From: Petrotogaceae bacterium
GTDB lineage: Bacteria; Thermotogota; Thermotogae; Petrotogales; Kosmotogaceae
NCBI GenBank assembly: GCA_963664675.2
Contig: CAXXLB010000002.1
Span: 235,114-299,113, forward strand
DNA: 64,000 bases
Reading direction: 5' to 3'
In this document: positions 47,467 through 57,315 of the stretch, piece after piece
Numbering within the stretch: position 1 is the first letter of the stretch
Layout: each line of letters starts with the position of its first letter
The notes under the pieces: model-generated
Databases searched by the model: none
Told to the model about the DNA's origin: nothing
Seen by the model: the letters and a program-made list of their open reading frames with translations, nothing else
Translations under genes and position numbers: made by a program

Positions 47467-48117
47467 ATGGATAAAAGAGAATTAGCAAAGTATATTGATT
47501 CATCATTGTTAAATGTCGATTCGACCTATGATGATCTGGTTAAGATTTGTGAACTGGCAAAAAAATATGAATTTGCAACGGTGGCTATAGCGAATTCATG
47601 GATTCCTTACGCGAAAAAACTACTTGAGGGCAGTCCTGTCGGAATTGATTCTCCGGTTGGTTTTCCAAATGGATATTCAACCACAGAAGCCAAAAAATAT
47701 GAAATTATTGACATTCTGGAAAAGGGAGCCACGGAAGTGGATGTGGTTATGAATATCACGTGGCTGAAGAGCAGAATGTATAATAAGATCGAAAACGAAC
47801 TGGAAATACTGAGAAACGCATGTAAAAAAAATGTATTCAAAGTGATAATAGAAGCTTATTATTTAACAGATGAAGAAAAAGCTATTGCAGCCGAACTGGT
47901 AGTAAAAGCGAAGGCAGATTTTGTAAAAACATCGACTGGATTTGCTCAGGGCGGAGCGACCGTAGAAGATGTAAAGCTTCTTTACGATAAAGTTGGCAGT
48001 AAAATAAAGGTGAAAGCTTCCGGAGGAATAAAAACCTATGATGAAGCAATGAAATTCATAGAAATCGGAGCATCCAGATTGGGAGCGAGTAACGCACATC
48101 TATTAATGGAAGATTGA
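47467..48117 (+). CDS. deoC: deoxyribose-phosphate aldolase family (DeoC/LsrF class I aldolase)
   Basis: The ATG at 47467 follows AAAGGAG. Contains the Schiff-base Lys context DFVKTSTGF and later KASGGI(K)T. Confidence 0.8.
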   Translation: MDKRELAKYIDSSLLNVDSTYDDLVKICELAKKYEFATVAIANSWIPYAKKLLEGSPVGIDSPVGFPNGYSTTEAKKYEIIDILEKGATEVDVVMNITWLKSRMYNKIENELEILRNACKKNVFKVIIEAYYLTDEEKAIAAELVVKAKADFVKTSTGFAQGGATVEDVKLLYDKVGSKIKVKASGGIKTYDEAMKFIEIGASRLGASNAHLLMED

Positions 48118-48245
48118 AGTAAAAGCGTGAAAAAACACCGATGTTTCTTTATTAAACTCAAAAATATTGAAATGCATTGTGCTATGTGAGATAAATGTTT
48201 GGAAAATATTGTTTTGACCGGAAGAAACTCAATTCTATGAAGAAT

Positions 48246-48280
48246 AAAGAAATCCGTAGATAAGGATTTCTTTATTTTTA
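48246..48280. terminator. bidirectional hairpin terminator between convergent operons
   Basis: Perfect 10-bp stem AAAGAAATCC / GGATTTCTTT, loop GTAGATAA, A-rich 5' and T-rich 3'. Confidence 0.7.
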
Positions 48281-48337
48281 TAATAATACTTTGATTTTGT
48301 ACTTGATTCATGTTTTGGAATTTTTTAAGAATTATTG

Positions 48338-50674
48338 TTACTTTAAGGTTATTGAGAAAATATGTGTGTTTATACTATCAGAAAAAATTATTCCTTTTAT
48401 TTTTCCTTCGGGAATTTTTACTTTCTGGATGTAAAGATAGCAGTTGATGTTCTGTTTATTACCGTTGGATTCGTACCTGAATGAGAATTCCTTCGCTATT
48501 TTTTCTCCGAATGAAGGTCCCGAACACCAATCGGAAAACGATAAAATTTTCGATTCAAATGAATCGTCCTCATAAATGATTTTTATTTCAGAACTGTAGT
48601 TACCGTGATTTGCAGAACCCAAAAAGTATATTTCATTTACCGGTAAAGGTTCGAATTCAATTGCCTGATTCTGCAATCTGAAATTGTTTAATTCATCTGT
48701 TTGAACGATAAAGGGAACAGTATCGCGGAAAAGAAGAGAAATTGAAGAATATTGATTTTCATCTCCACTCTTCATGAATTCGTTTATTTTTAAATCACTT
48801 TTCAGTTCTTCCAGCGGGTATCCTGCTCCGAGTGTGCCCTGAATGTTGTCGAAATTACCCCTCGTTCTTTGAATATCTGATGCGAATCCATCGTTGTTAA
48901 ATATCCCATTTAATTGAATGAGAGTATAATCGTCATATTTTTTATAGAGGACTCTTTCTGGAGTATCCATTTGAATTTTATTCTGATTCATTTCAAAAAT
49001 CTTCCCGTTAACTTCTTTCAGAAAATTTTCGTCGGGAGAAATATAAATTGTTTTATCCAGATTTTCCGAATATATAACGGGATTTTCAGGGATAATTATG
49101 ACCTGGTCCAGAACGATCGATTCATCGGAATTGTATGAGAAGCCGATTGAAAATTTTTCTTCTTTGCCATTTCCGGATATGTTTCCCAGAAATACAATTT
49201 TTTCATTCTGTATATTTATTGTGTTTTTATTTTTGTTTTCTCCACATCTTATGGAAACCGATAACTCTCCAGAATAATTTCCTTTTCCAAACACACCATA
49301 AATTTCATAAGAGAGAGGAGACAATTCCATCTCTTCTTTTATTCCGGAACTTCCGTTAAACGATAATGCCGCATTCCCCGAATAAGAAGTGTTCTGCAAT
49401 ATTTCAACCGGAGACAATCCCCAGTCGAATTTTTCTGCTTCCACGGTTAATGAGGGATTCAAAACTTTGTTGTCCTTCGATAAATATATTTTATACTCTT
49501 TCGGTAAGGTTTCGATAGCTGAAAGTGACAACAGATAACTTATCGTAGATTCAGCACCGGAGTTTTTATTCACGTGTGTTATCTCCATTCCATCATATCC
49601 CTGATTTGATGGACCAATCATCGCTTCCTGAAGGCCGTTCATCCCGATGAACCAGCTCATAAAGAGTTCCATAACTGTTGAGGTTTCTTCAGCCTTTTTT
49701 ACATCTTTGAAATGAACGGAGGCTTTATTTAAAGAAAGAGCCGAATTGATGAATACTTCCATTCCATAAGCCAGTTGGGGATATGAATCCACCCTGTCCC
49801 AGAATCTGTAAACGGGTCCGAACGAAATGATAAAAGCCGTTAATTTTTCAAAAATCCTGTATGTTTTTTCAAATAAAGTTTCATCGTTTAAAATAATGGA
49901 GGATTCCGCAAGGCCCTCAAGTTGTCTGGACCCCCAGCTGTGCCAGTTGAAATCTTCATTTCCCTCGTCTATCAGTCCAAAGTTTTTGTATGGGTTTTCA
50001 CTTTTATCCATCAAAGCGTCTGAAATCTGTTTTATGGTTTCCAGAATTTCATCATTTTTACTCGTTTTATACAGATCGCAACAGGCGAGCAGGAAAACTG
50101 ATGAAATATCACTGTAATTATTCAGAAGACCGTTTTGAATCTGTTTTTTCAGATGACTATATGTTCTCAGGGATTTTTCCAGAAGAATATTCGAATAGTC
50201 AAGATCTATGCTTTTAAAAACTTCAGAACCTAGCGATGTTGCCCACACAGCCCTGACTGCCCACCAGTTGGAATCCGGTCTGGAAGTTATTCCGTTTTTA
50301 TTTATACTTCCGTTTTCATAGATAAAATTATAATAATCACCATTTGAAAGTCCCATAGACAATACAAAATCCAGTGCTTCCCTTGCCCTCAATACAAAAA
50401 AATCTTCGCTGTTACCCCTTTGAATCTCCCTCAAATATAAAATTGCCGCCCTTGCAACGTCGTCTACACAGGTAATACCCTCTTCGGAAGCTTCAACATG
50501 ACTGTAAGTTCCATCAGGTTTGAGGTCTGCGTAAATCCAATAACCAGTCTGGGGAATTCCTTCAACGCTGAATTCATCTCTTAAGAATTCCAGGTGTTGA
50601 AATGATGAAATCGGGATTGCCGAAAAAACAGCAATCCCAATTAAAACAAATAATATCAGAAAAAAATTCTTCAT
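48338..50674 (-). CDS. exported protein of unknown function (778 aa)
   Basis: Signal-like N-terminus MKNFFLILFVLIGIAVFSA. Its start overlaps the stop of the upstream gene (TAATG). No motif recognised. Confidence 0.6.
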   Translation of the reverse strand: MKNFFLILFVLIGIAVFSAIPISSFQHLEFLRDEFSVEGIPQTGYWIYADLKPDGTYSHVEASEEGITCVDDVARAAILYLREIQRGNSEDFFVLRAREALDFVLSMGLSNGDYYNFIYENGSINKNGITSRPDSNWWAVRAVWATSLGSEVFKSIDLDYSNILLEKSLRTYSHLKKQIQNGLLNNYSDISSVFLLACCDLYKTSKNDEILETIKQISDALMDKSENPYKNFGLIDEGNEDFNWHSWGSRQLEGLAESSIILNDETLFEKTYRIFEKLTAFIISFGPVYRFWDRVDSYPQLAYGMEVFINSALSLNKASVHFKDVKKAEETSTVMELFMSWFIGMNGLQEAMIGPSNQGYDGMEITHVNKNSGAESTISYLLSLSAIETLPKEYKIYLSKDNKVLNPSLTVEAEKFDWGLSPVEILQNTSYSGNAALSFNGSSGIKEEMELSPLSYEIYGVFGKGNYSGELSVSIRCGENKNKNTINIQNEKIVFLGNISGNGKEEKFSIGFSYNSDESIVLDQVIIIPENPVIYSENLDKTIYISPDENFLKEVNGKIFEMNQNKIQMDTPERVLYKKYDDYTLIQLNGIFNNDGFASDIQRTRGNFDNIQGTLGAGYPLEELKSDLKINEFMKSGDENQYSSISLLFRDTVPFIVQTDELNNFRLQNQAIEFEPLPVNEIYFLGSANHGNYSSEIKIIYEDDSFESKILSFSDWCSGPSFGEKIAKEFSFRYESNGNKQNINCYLYIQKVKIPEGKIKGIIFSDSINTHIFSITLK

Positions 50675-51999
50675 TATTCCCCTATTGAATAAGATTGAAT
50701 CTCATGAGTTAATTCCTCAATAGTATTTATAGCTTCCGCAATTCCTTCCGAATGGAAAAGTTTGAAACATCTGTAAAATTCCACTTCATCTCCAGCCTTG
50801 AAATGCATTACATAATCTTCCCAACCACCTGCTGCAATGCCTTCTGTTGAAGGATAGGCCTGAAATTCTCCTGGGATCCACATGAAATATCCATCTCTGA
50901 ATTCTCTGCTTTCGTATACCCATTGAGGTCCACGAATCCACTTTTCATAATCGGCATAAACGAGGGGTTTTTCAGGAAGAATTTCTGCAACACCTATTTT
51001 CATAGATGGAGAGTAATTGGATCTCCAGTTTTCCTCCGAAGCATAAATATACGTTGCGCCCCACCATAACGGTCTCATCGCATCGGTGGCGGGGAAAACG
51101 GTGAATAATTTGTCATTGAGTTTCAGAGAAGCGCCTCTGTCTGACCAGTATTCCCAGGGAGTCGAATTGAGTTGATCGGCCCATAACAATCTTCTGAATG
51201 TGGGTAAGATATGAACGGAATCATCGGAAATATCCGTGATTGGTCTTGTAACCATGGGCTGTAGCTTCATGAGATCCTGGTAATTTTCAAATTCGAATGT
51301 AGTATCGACAATGATGTAACCGTTTTTGAAAATTGTGGTTTTGATTATCTGATTGAGACCCACAAACTGTGGCGATCTCAATTTCGCGTATACCGTAACA
51401 CCTACGTTACCGGCGGGATTTACATCCATATTTTCAACAATAAACTCTCCCGAAGTTTTTTCCTGATGACTGTTCCCATAACTTCCGTCGATATAATATG
51501 TTGAACCTACCCAACCTGCAACACGCGCCGTTCCGATTTCGTCAACTATCGTTCCTTCGTTTCCCATGAACTCAACTATTCTTACCAGACCGGATCTATT
51601 GACCAGCGCTTTGAAATTGTCAAAAGTGATCAGTATTCCGTCTTCGGTATCTTCGATTGTGGCGCATGGGGTGATTTCCTGTGCGAAATCATCTTCGGAT
51701 AGTACGATTTTCGCTGGGCCTTCCAGTAAGGTCATCAGAATGTCATCCGAGGATAGTTTTTCGTTTTTGTCCAGATCGTCGATTTGAAATTGTATAACAT
51801 TTTCTTCTCCGTCAACGATTTTTAAAGAATTCCAGTTTACATCCACATCGAATCCGACGATATCTAATAGATCCTCCAGATTTATCGTTACAGGTACCGG
51901 ATCGTCTGTAACTTTTGTAATGTTTAAGGGAATTTCCACTACTTCAGCCGTGAGTACTATACCAATAAGTAAAATAAAAAGAATTAACAGTCTTTTCAT
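50674..51999 (-). CDS. exported protein of unknown function (441 aa)
   Basis: AGGAGG precedes the start. Signal-like MKRLLILFILLIGIVLTA. A LacI-type operator lies 26 nt upstream. Confidence 0.6.
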   Translation of the reverse strand: MKRLLILFILLIGIVLTAEVVEIPLNITKVTDDPVPVTINLEDLLDIVGFDVDVNWNSLKIVDGEENVIQFQIDDLDKNEKLSSDDILMTLLEGPAKIVLSEDDFAQEITPCATIEDTEDGILITFDNFKALVNRSGLVRIVEFMGNEGTIVDEIGTARVAGWVGSTYYIDGSYGNSHQEKTSGEFIVENMDVNPAGNVGVTVYAKLRSPQFVGLNQIIKTTIFKNGYIIVDTTFEFENYQDLMKLQPMVTRPITDISDDSVHILPTFRRLLWADQLNSTPWEYWSDRGASLKLNDKLFTVFPATDAMRPLWWGATYIYASEENWRSNYSPSMKIGVAEILPEKPLVYADYEKWIRGPQWVYESREFRDGYFMWIPGEFQAYPSTEGIAAGGWEDYVMHFKAGDEVEFYRCFKLFHSEGIAEAINTIEELTHEIQSYSIGE

Positions 52000-52024
52000 A
52001 AAGTGATACCTCCTAATATTTATA

Positions 52025-52038
52025 TGGAAACGCTTTCA
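52025..52038. promoter_or_regulatory. LacI-family operator TGGAAACGCTTTCA
   Basis: Fits the TGnAAnCGnTTnCA palindrome. It sits directly upstream of the minus-strand 441-aa gene. Confidence 0.6.
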
Positions 52039-52290
52039 TACTTATATTAATTGAATAGGCAATTGTTGTCACGCGCTGTTATGAGCGTATATCAGTAATT
52101 ATGAGCGGTTAAGATAAAATATCAGAGCAATTCATCATATTCTGCAATGTTTTTTATTTAAATATTCCACATTGCTTTGGAAATTATTGTAATGAAGAGT
52201 TTTTGGCGTTTATTTGTATATAATCCCGTTTAATCAGCTATCACTGGAATTGTTTGCGTATGTAAAACATAAATATAATGTCAGTATATA

Positions 52291-52304
52291 TGAAAGCGCT
52301 TCCA
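52291..52304. promoter_or_regulatory. LacI-family operator TGAAAGCGCTTCCA
   Basis: Its reverse complement, TGGAAGCGCTTTCA, differs by 1 nt from the site at 52025. It lies 20 nt upstream of the lacI-family gene. Confidence 0.6.
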
Positions 52305-52323
52305 TATTTTAGGAGAGATAAAT

Positions 52324-53301
52324 GTGAGTAAAAAAATTGCCGATGTTGCAAAGATAGCCGGAGTATCAATTGCCACAGTATCGAGAATAATAAACAAATC
52401 GGGTTACGTTTCCGAAAAAACCAGAAAAAAGGTCCTGAAAGCGATAGAAGAAGTGGGTTATAAACCGAGTCAGGTGGCCTCATATCTTGCGAGTAAAAGA
52501 AATTCTTTCAATTGTGTGGTTATTGGAGGAAATTTAACGTATAAATCAATTACTCAGGAACCGGACGAATTTTATACCGTTATTCTCAAAGGAATTCAGG
52601 ATTATTGTAATAACAACAATATGAATCTGGATATAAAAAAAATCGGAGATGATATAGAGGAATATGACGGGTATATCCTGATCGGGGGAGAGATCACAGA
52701 AAAGGATGTTCAGAATATACGATTTTTCAACAAACCCATAGTTGTTGTGGATCAATATTTACCGTCTTTAAAGGTGGATTTCATTCTGACGGACGGGTTC
52801 GATGCAGGTGTATATGCGGTGAGATACCTTTACGAAAGAGGAATAAGAAGAATATATCACATAAGGGGACCGTTGGCTCACACGGGTTTCAAAGATAGAT
52901 ATGAAGGATATTCCTCTGCTATGGAGGAACTTGGATATTTTCCGAAGTGCTACGAATTCAATGAACAGAGTGATAACACCGATGAAATTTTAGATAAAGC
53001 ATTTGCAGAAATAAGGAAACCTCAGGCTTTCTTCTGCTGTAACGATACCGCCGCAAGAAGAGTGATCTTATCTTTGAAAAAGAGAAAGATAAAAGTTCCC
53101 GAAGAGATTTCCGTTATTGGTTTTGATGACATTTTAAGTGCTTCAATTGAAGAACCTGAATTGACCACATTTAAAATTTTTAAATATGAAATGGGCGATA
53201 TAGCCGCAAAAAGGTTATTCAATTTGCTTATAAAGGAGGATACTCATCCCGTTAAAACTTATATATTCACCGAATTCATAAAGAGGGGGAGCAGTATCTG
53301 A
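52324..53301 (+). CDS. LacI family transcriptional regulator
   Basis: IADVAKIAGVSIATVSRIINKSGYVSEKTRKKVLKAIEEVGYKPS HTH plus a PBP-type effector domain. Confidence 0.9.
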   Translation: MSKKIADVAKIAGVSIATVSRIINKSGYVSEKTRKKVLKAIEEVGYKPSQVASYLASKRNSFNCVVIGGNLTYKSITQEPDEFYTVILKGIQDYCNNNNMNLDIKKIGDDIEEYDGYILIGGEITEKDVQNIRFFNKPIVVVDQYLPSLKVDFILTDGFDAGVYAVRYLYERGIRRIYHIRGPLAHTGFKDRYEGYSSAMEELGYFPKCYEFNEQSDNTDEILDKAFAEIRKPQAFFCCNDTAARRVILSLKKRKIKVPEEISVIGFDDILSASIEEPELTTFKIFKYEMGDIAAKRLFNLLIKEDTHPVKTYIFTEFIKRGSSI

Positions 53302-53323
53302 AACTCAAAAGGGAGGTATATAT

Positions 53324-54595
53324 ATGAAAAAACTTTTAGTTGTTCTGGTTATTTTATTAACTATCAGTTTTGCTTTTGGAACGATTAATTTCTGGACGGC
53401 TCCAAATCCTCAACAGGAGGAATTTTGGAAAGAAATGGTTGGAGAATGGAATGCAAACAATCCTGATGCACAGATCAAATGGAAAGTAATTCCTGCAACG
53501 GGAAGCTCCGAAGAATCTATACTGACAGCAATAGCTTCGGGAGAAGGTCCTGATCTCTGTACGAATATTTTCAGTGGATTCGCAGCACAATTGATAGAAG
53601 CTGGTGTTCTGGTACCGTGGAATGATTTCGATGGATATGAGGAATTATTGGAAAAAAGAGGAATGGTTGAGGCCATTAAAGGATGGGAATTCGGTGGAAA
53701 TTCATACGTAATTCCTATTTATTCGAATCCTATGCTCGTCTGGTGGAGAAGTGATATTTTAGAAGAAGCCGGGTTCGATAATCCACCGAGAACTTACAGT
53801 GAAGTTCTGGCCCTTGGAGAAAAAGTAGCAATCCCAAAGGAAAGATACGCTTATGCATTCATAAAGGGTAAAAACTGGTGGGACAGATGGTACGATTTCA
53901 TCACTCATTATTACGCAGCAGGCGATGGAGCACCGTATTTTGATGTTCAGAATAACAAATGTCTTTTTAACAAAGAAGAAGGTTCCAGTGGAGAAGCGAT
54001 AGGTTATGAGGTTGCAAATTTTATAGAAGAATTGTTTGATAAAGATTACGATGCCATATCTATGATTGACAACGCTTTGTATCTTGGGGCTGTTGTAGGT
54101 CAGATAAACGGTCCCTGGGATATGCCGACAGCTGCCAGTGTTTTTCCGGACGTTTACCCGGAACACATAGTTTTCAGCGCTCCACCTGTGCCGGATAGTT
54201 ATCCCGCCGATAAGCCGGTTAAAACTTTTGCCGATACGAAGGGAATGGTTTTATTCAATTTTGCCAAAGATAAGGATAAGATATGGGAATTTGTAAAGTG
54301 GGTATACTCTAATCCGGAACATGACAAAAAATGGTTGGAATTGACTAATCTTCCTCCGGTAAGAGATGATTTGACAACGAATGAATTATTTGCGTCGATC
54401 TTTGAAAATAACGTAGGATTGAAAGCATATGCCGAGTATGTTCCTTATGCGGTTCCGCCGGCACTGACAACTTTTACAACCGAAATACAGGATTTGATGA
54501 CTCAATTCTTAATTGAACCATTATCACTTCAAAAAGAAACCGCCAAAGATGCTGTAGATAGAACTGTCAATGAAATAAACAAAGAATTGTTCTAA
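53324..54595 (+). CDS. ABC transporter extracellular solute-binding protein (family 1, oligosaccharide type)
   Basis: Signal peptide, 423 aa, and a MalE-like pattern. It is the first gene of the SBP-permease-permease unit. Confidence 0.85.
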   Translation: MKKLLVVLVILLTISFAFGTINFWTAPNPQQEEFWKEMVGEWNANNPDAQIKWKVIPATGSSEESILTAIASGEGPDLCTNIFSGFAAQLIEAGVLVPWNDFDGYEELLEKRGMVEAIKGWEFGGNSYVIPIYSNPMLVWWRSDILEEAGFDNPPRTYSEVLALGEKVAIPKERYAYAFIKGKNWWDRWYDFITHYYAAGDGAPYFDVQNNKCLFNKEEGSSGEAIGYEVANFIEELFDKDYDAISMIDNALYLGAVVGQINGPWDMPTAASVFPDVYPEHIVFSAPPVPDSYPADKPVKTFADTKGMVLFNFAKDKDKIWEFVKWVYSNPEHDKKWLELTNLPPVRDDLTTNELFASIFENNVGLKAYAEYVPYAVPPALTTFTTEIQDLMTQFLIEPLSLQKETAKDAVDRTVNEINKELF

Positions 54596-54653
54596 AAAAT
54601 ATTTGAGGAAAGAGTTTTAATGCTCTTTCCTCCTTATTTATTGAGGAGTGTTT

Positions 54654-55589
54654 ATGAAATTTTTTAATCGGAAGCGAGAAGAAGCTAGTAATCTTAATTA
54701 CTCATTGGGAAAACTCCATAGAAAACAAGCGAGTAAAGGATGGTTATTGATCTCGCCTTATATTATACATCAGGGGATATTTTTTGGAATACCACTTGGG
54801 TGGCTTATTTACCTCATGTTCGTTAAATGGAATTACCTGTCTCCCGCTAAATTTTATGGATTGAAGAACTTTGTAAATTTATTCACAGACGACACTTTTT
54901 GGCTGGTGTTGGGAAATACATTCAACATGATGGCATATTTTATACCGATTTCAATGATCGGGGCAATTTTTCTTGCTCTGGCATTGAATAAACTGAAATA
55001 CTTCAGAACGATGGTCGCTTTGTCCTTTCTTGTAGCGAATGTATCTTCGGGGGTCGGCTATTCAATAGTATTTCAAAAAATACTCGCAGAAAACGGTCCG
55101 ATAAATAAAGTTTTGTATAATTTATTTGGAATAACGATACCTTGGTTCAAAGAACCCCAACTCGCGATTTTGAGTATTGCTTTGATGATTTCATGGAAAT
55201 TCATAGGTTATTACGGTTTGATATTGCTGGCAGGAATAGGTGCCGTTCCAAAGAATCTTTACGAGGCGGCAAAGCTGGACGGTGCAACTAAGAGGACACA
55301 GTTTTTCAAAATAACTCTTCCCCTTATAAATCCTGCTCTCGTCATGGTTTTGGTAATGCAGATAACGCTGACCTTCGGTATATTCACCGAACCATATATG
55401 ATAACCGGCGGTGGTCCTATGAAGAGAACATACACTTTCATGATGTTCATATATGATAATGCCTTCAGGACATTTACAAGGACCGGTCCGGGTTATGCAG
55501 CAACTATAAGTGTTATAACCGCCGCGGTCAGTTTCAGCTGTATTTTCTTTGTCAGAAAGATCATTGAAAGAAAGGTGGATTTAACATGA
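54654..55589 (+). CDS. carbohydrate ABC transporter permease (MalF-like)
   Basis: EAA-loop YEAAKLDGATKRTQFFKITLP. The ATG at 54654 is 5 nt after GAGGAG. Confidence 0.85.
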   Translation: MKFFNRKREEASNLNYSLGKLHRKQASKGWLLISPYIIHQGIFFGIPLGWLIYLMFVKWNYLSPAKFYGLKNFVNLFTDDTFWLVLGNTFNMMAYFIPISMIGAIFLALALNKLKYFRTMVALSFLVANVSSGVGYSIVFQKILAENGPINKVLYNLFGITIPWFKEPQLAILSIALMISWKFIGYYGLILLAGIGAVPKNLYEAAKLDGATKRTQFFKITLPLINPALVMVLVMQITLTFGIFTEPYMITGGGPMKRTYTFMMFIYDNAFRTFTRTGPGYAATISVITAAVSFSCIFFVRKIIERKVDLT

Positions 55590-56410
55590 AGAAAGGTAAA
55601 GTTGGAATCTGGATATTTGAAATATTAATGCTGGGAATTGCGTTGATCTGGCTTTATCCTTATATATGGCTTTTACTTTCGAGTTTCAAGCCACAGAATG
55701 AAATATATACGACTATTATTCCCTCATCGCTGACGCTGGAACATTATGAATTCATATTCAGCTCCGCCGAGAAAATGGAGAGACCTTTTCTGAGAGCGTT
55801 GGGAAATAGTTTATTCATATCTGTCGTGGTGACTTTCAGCGTAATAATAACTTCGGCGTTTGTCGGTTATGCCATAGCAAAAATTAAGTTCAGAGGCGGC
55901 AGGTTTTTAAACCATTTCACCATTTTTCAGATGTTGTTTCCGGGATTCATGTTTATTTTGCCCTTATACATAGTTATTAAGAATCTTGGAATGTACAACA
56001 GCCTTGCCGGATTGATTGTTCCGAGTCTTTTTGGTGCATGGGGTGCCTTCATGTTTGCCCAGAGTTTAAGGGCCCTGCCGGATGCCTATATCGAGTCGGC
56101 AAGAATAGAAGGGGCCAGCGAGTGGAAAATAATAATGAAAATAATGTTTCCCCTCGTAAGATCCACTGCCAGTATTGTGGGATTGTTCACATTTATCGGG
56201 ATCTGGGATAATTTTCTATGGCCTTTGATTGTCATACAGGACTATGATAAAATGCCCCTTTCTGTTTTACTGGCAAGTTTCAACCATGAGTATGCCAGTT
56301 ATATAGGGCCACTACTGGCCGGATCGGTTATACAGACTATACCTATGGTATTATTGTTTTTGGTTTTCAGAAAGTATTTCCTTAAAGGAATATCAGTTTC
56401 ATTAAAATAA
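55586..56410 (+). CDS. carbohydrate ABC transporter permease (MalG-like)
   Basis: EAA-loop ESARIEGASEWKIIMKIMFP. It overlaps the previous gene by 4 nt. Confidence 0.85.
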   Translation: MKKGKVGIWIFEILMLGIALIWLYPYIWLLLSSFKPQNEIYTTIIPSSLTLEHYEFIFSSAEKMERPFLRALGNSLFISVVVTFSVIITSAFVGYAIAKIKFRGGRFLNHFTIFQMLFPGFMFILPLYIVIKNLGMYNSLAGLIVPSLFGAWGAFMFAQSLRALPDAYIESARIEGASEWKIIMKIMFPLVRSTASIVGLFTFIGIWDNFLWPLIVIQDYDKMPLSVLLASFNHEYASYIGPLLAGSVIQTIPMVLLFLVFRKYFLKGISVSLK

Positions 56411-56430
56411 AATAATTTAGGAGGAAAATT

Positions 56431-57315
56431 ATGGAACTCAAACTTAAAAGACATCCTTTAAACCCTTTATTATCACCAGTATTTAATCACAGCTGGGAAA
56501 ATAAGTATGTGTTTAATCCCGCTGTGATAAAAGATAACGGTTTGTTCCATATGTTGTACAGAGCGCAGGGAGAGGATATGGTATCGAGATTTGGTTATGC
56601 GGTCAGTTCAGATGGAATTCACTTTAACAGACTCGAAAAACCCGTTTTTTCACCGGCGAATAGAGACGAGTTGTACGGTGTTGAAGATCCGAGAATAACG
56701 AAAATAAATGATGAGTATTATATTCAATATACCGCATATGCTCCGGGAAGTATAAGAATCGCTCAGGCCCACACCAGGAATTTTATCATTTGGGAGAGGG
56801 ACGGAATAATAATACCCGAATCGCCGAATAAAGATGCAGCGCTTTTTCCTGAAAAAACAAACGGAAAATATGTGATGTTTCATAGATTGGAACCCGACTT
56901 ATGGCTGGCTTTTTCAGATGATTTAATTCACTGGGGCGATTACAGAAAGGTCGCTTCGCCACGCGAAGGCTATTGGGATAATGAGAAAATAGGAATAGCC
57001 GGATCTCCGATAAAGAAGGAATACGGATGGCTGGTTCTTTATCATGGAGTGGAAAAAGGACCAAGGCTGACGTATAGATTGGGATTCATGGTACTGGATA
57101 AAGAAGATCCGTGCAAAGTATTGAAAAGAACGGAAGGGCCGATTCTGGAACCTAAGGAAGAATGGGAAGTTTTTGGAGGAGTTCCGACGGTTGTCTTTTC
57201 CGATGCAATCGTTGAGCATGATGAACAATTTTATGTATATTATGGTGCTGCAGATAATCATATCGCTCTGGCGACGATAGAAACTCAAGAGGTAAAAAAA
57301 TGGGCAGAAAGTTAA
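56431..57315 (+). CDS. glycoside hydrolase family 130 protein (beta-mannoside phosphorylase/hydrolase family), cytoplasmic
   Basis: FNPAVIKDNGLFHMLYRAQG, GVEDPRITKINDEYYIQYTAY and YYGAADN blocks. No signal peptide. Confidence 0.8.
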   Translation: MELKLKRHPLNPLLSPVFNHSWENKYVFNPAVIKDNGLFHMLYRAQGEDMVSRFGYAVSSDGIHFNRLEKPVFSPANRDELYGVEDPRITKINDEYYIQYTAYAPGSIRIAQAHTRNFIIWERDGIIIPESPNKDAALFPEKTNGKYVMFHRLEPDLWLAFSDDLIHWGDYRKVASPREGYWDNEKIGIAGSPIKKEYGWLVLYHGVEKGPRLTYRLGFMVLDKEDPCKVLKRTEGPILEPKEEWEVFGGVPTVVFSDAIVEHDEQFYVYYGAADNHIALATIETQEVKKWAES

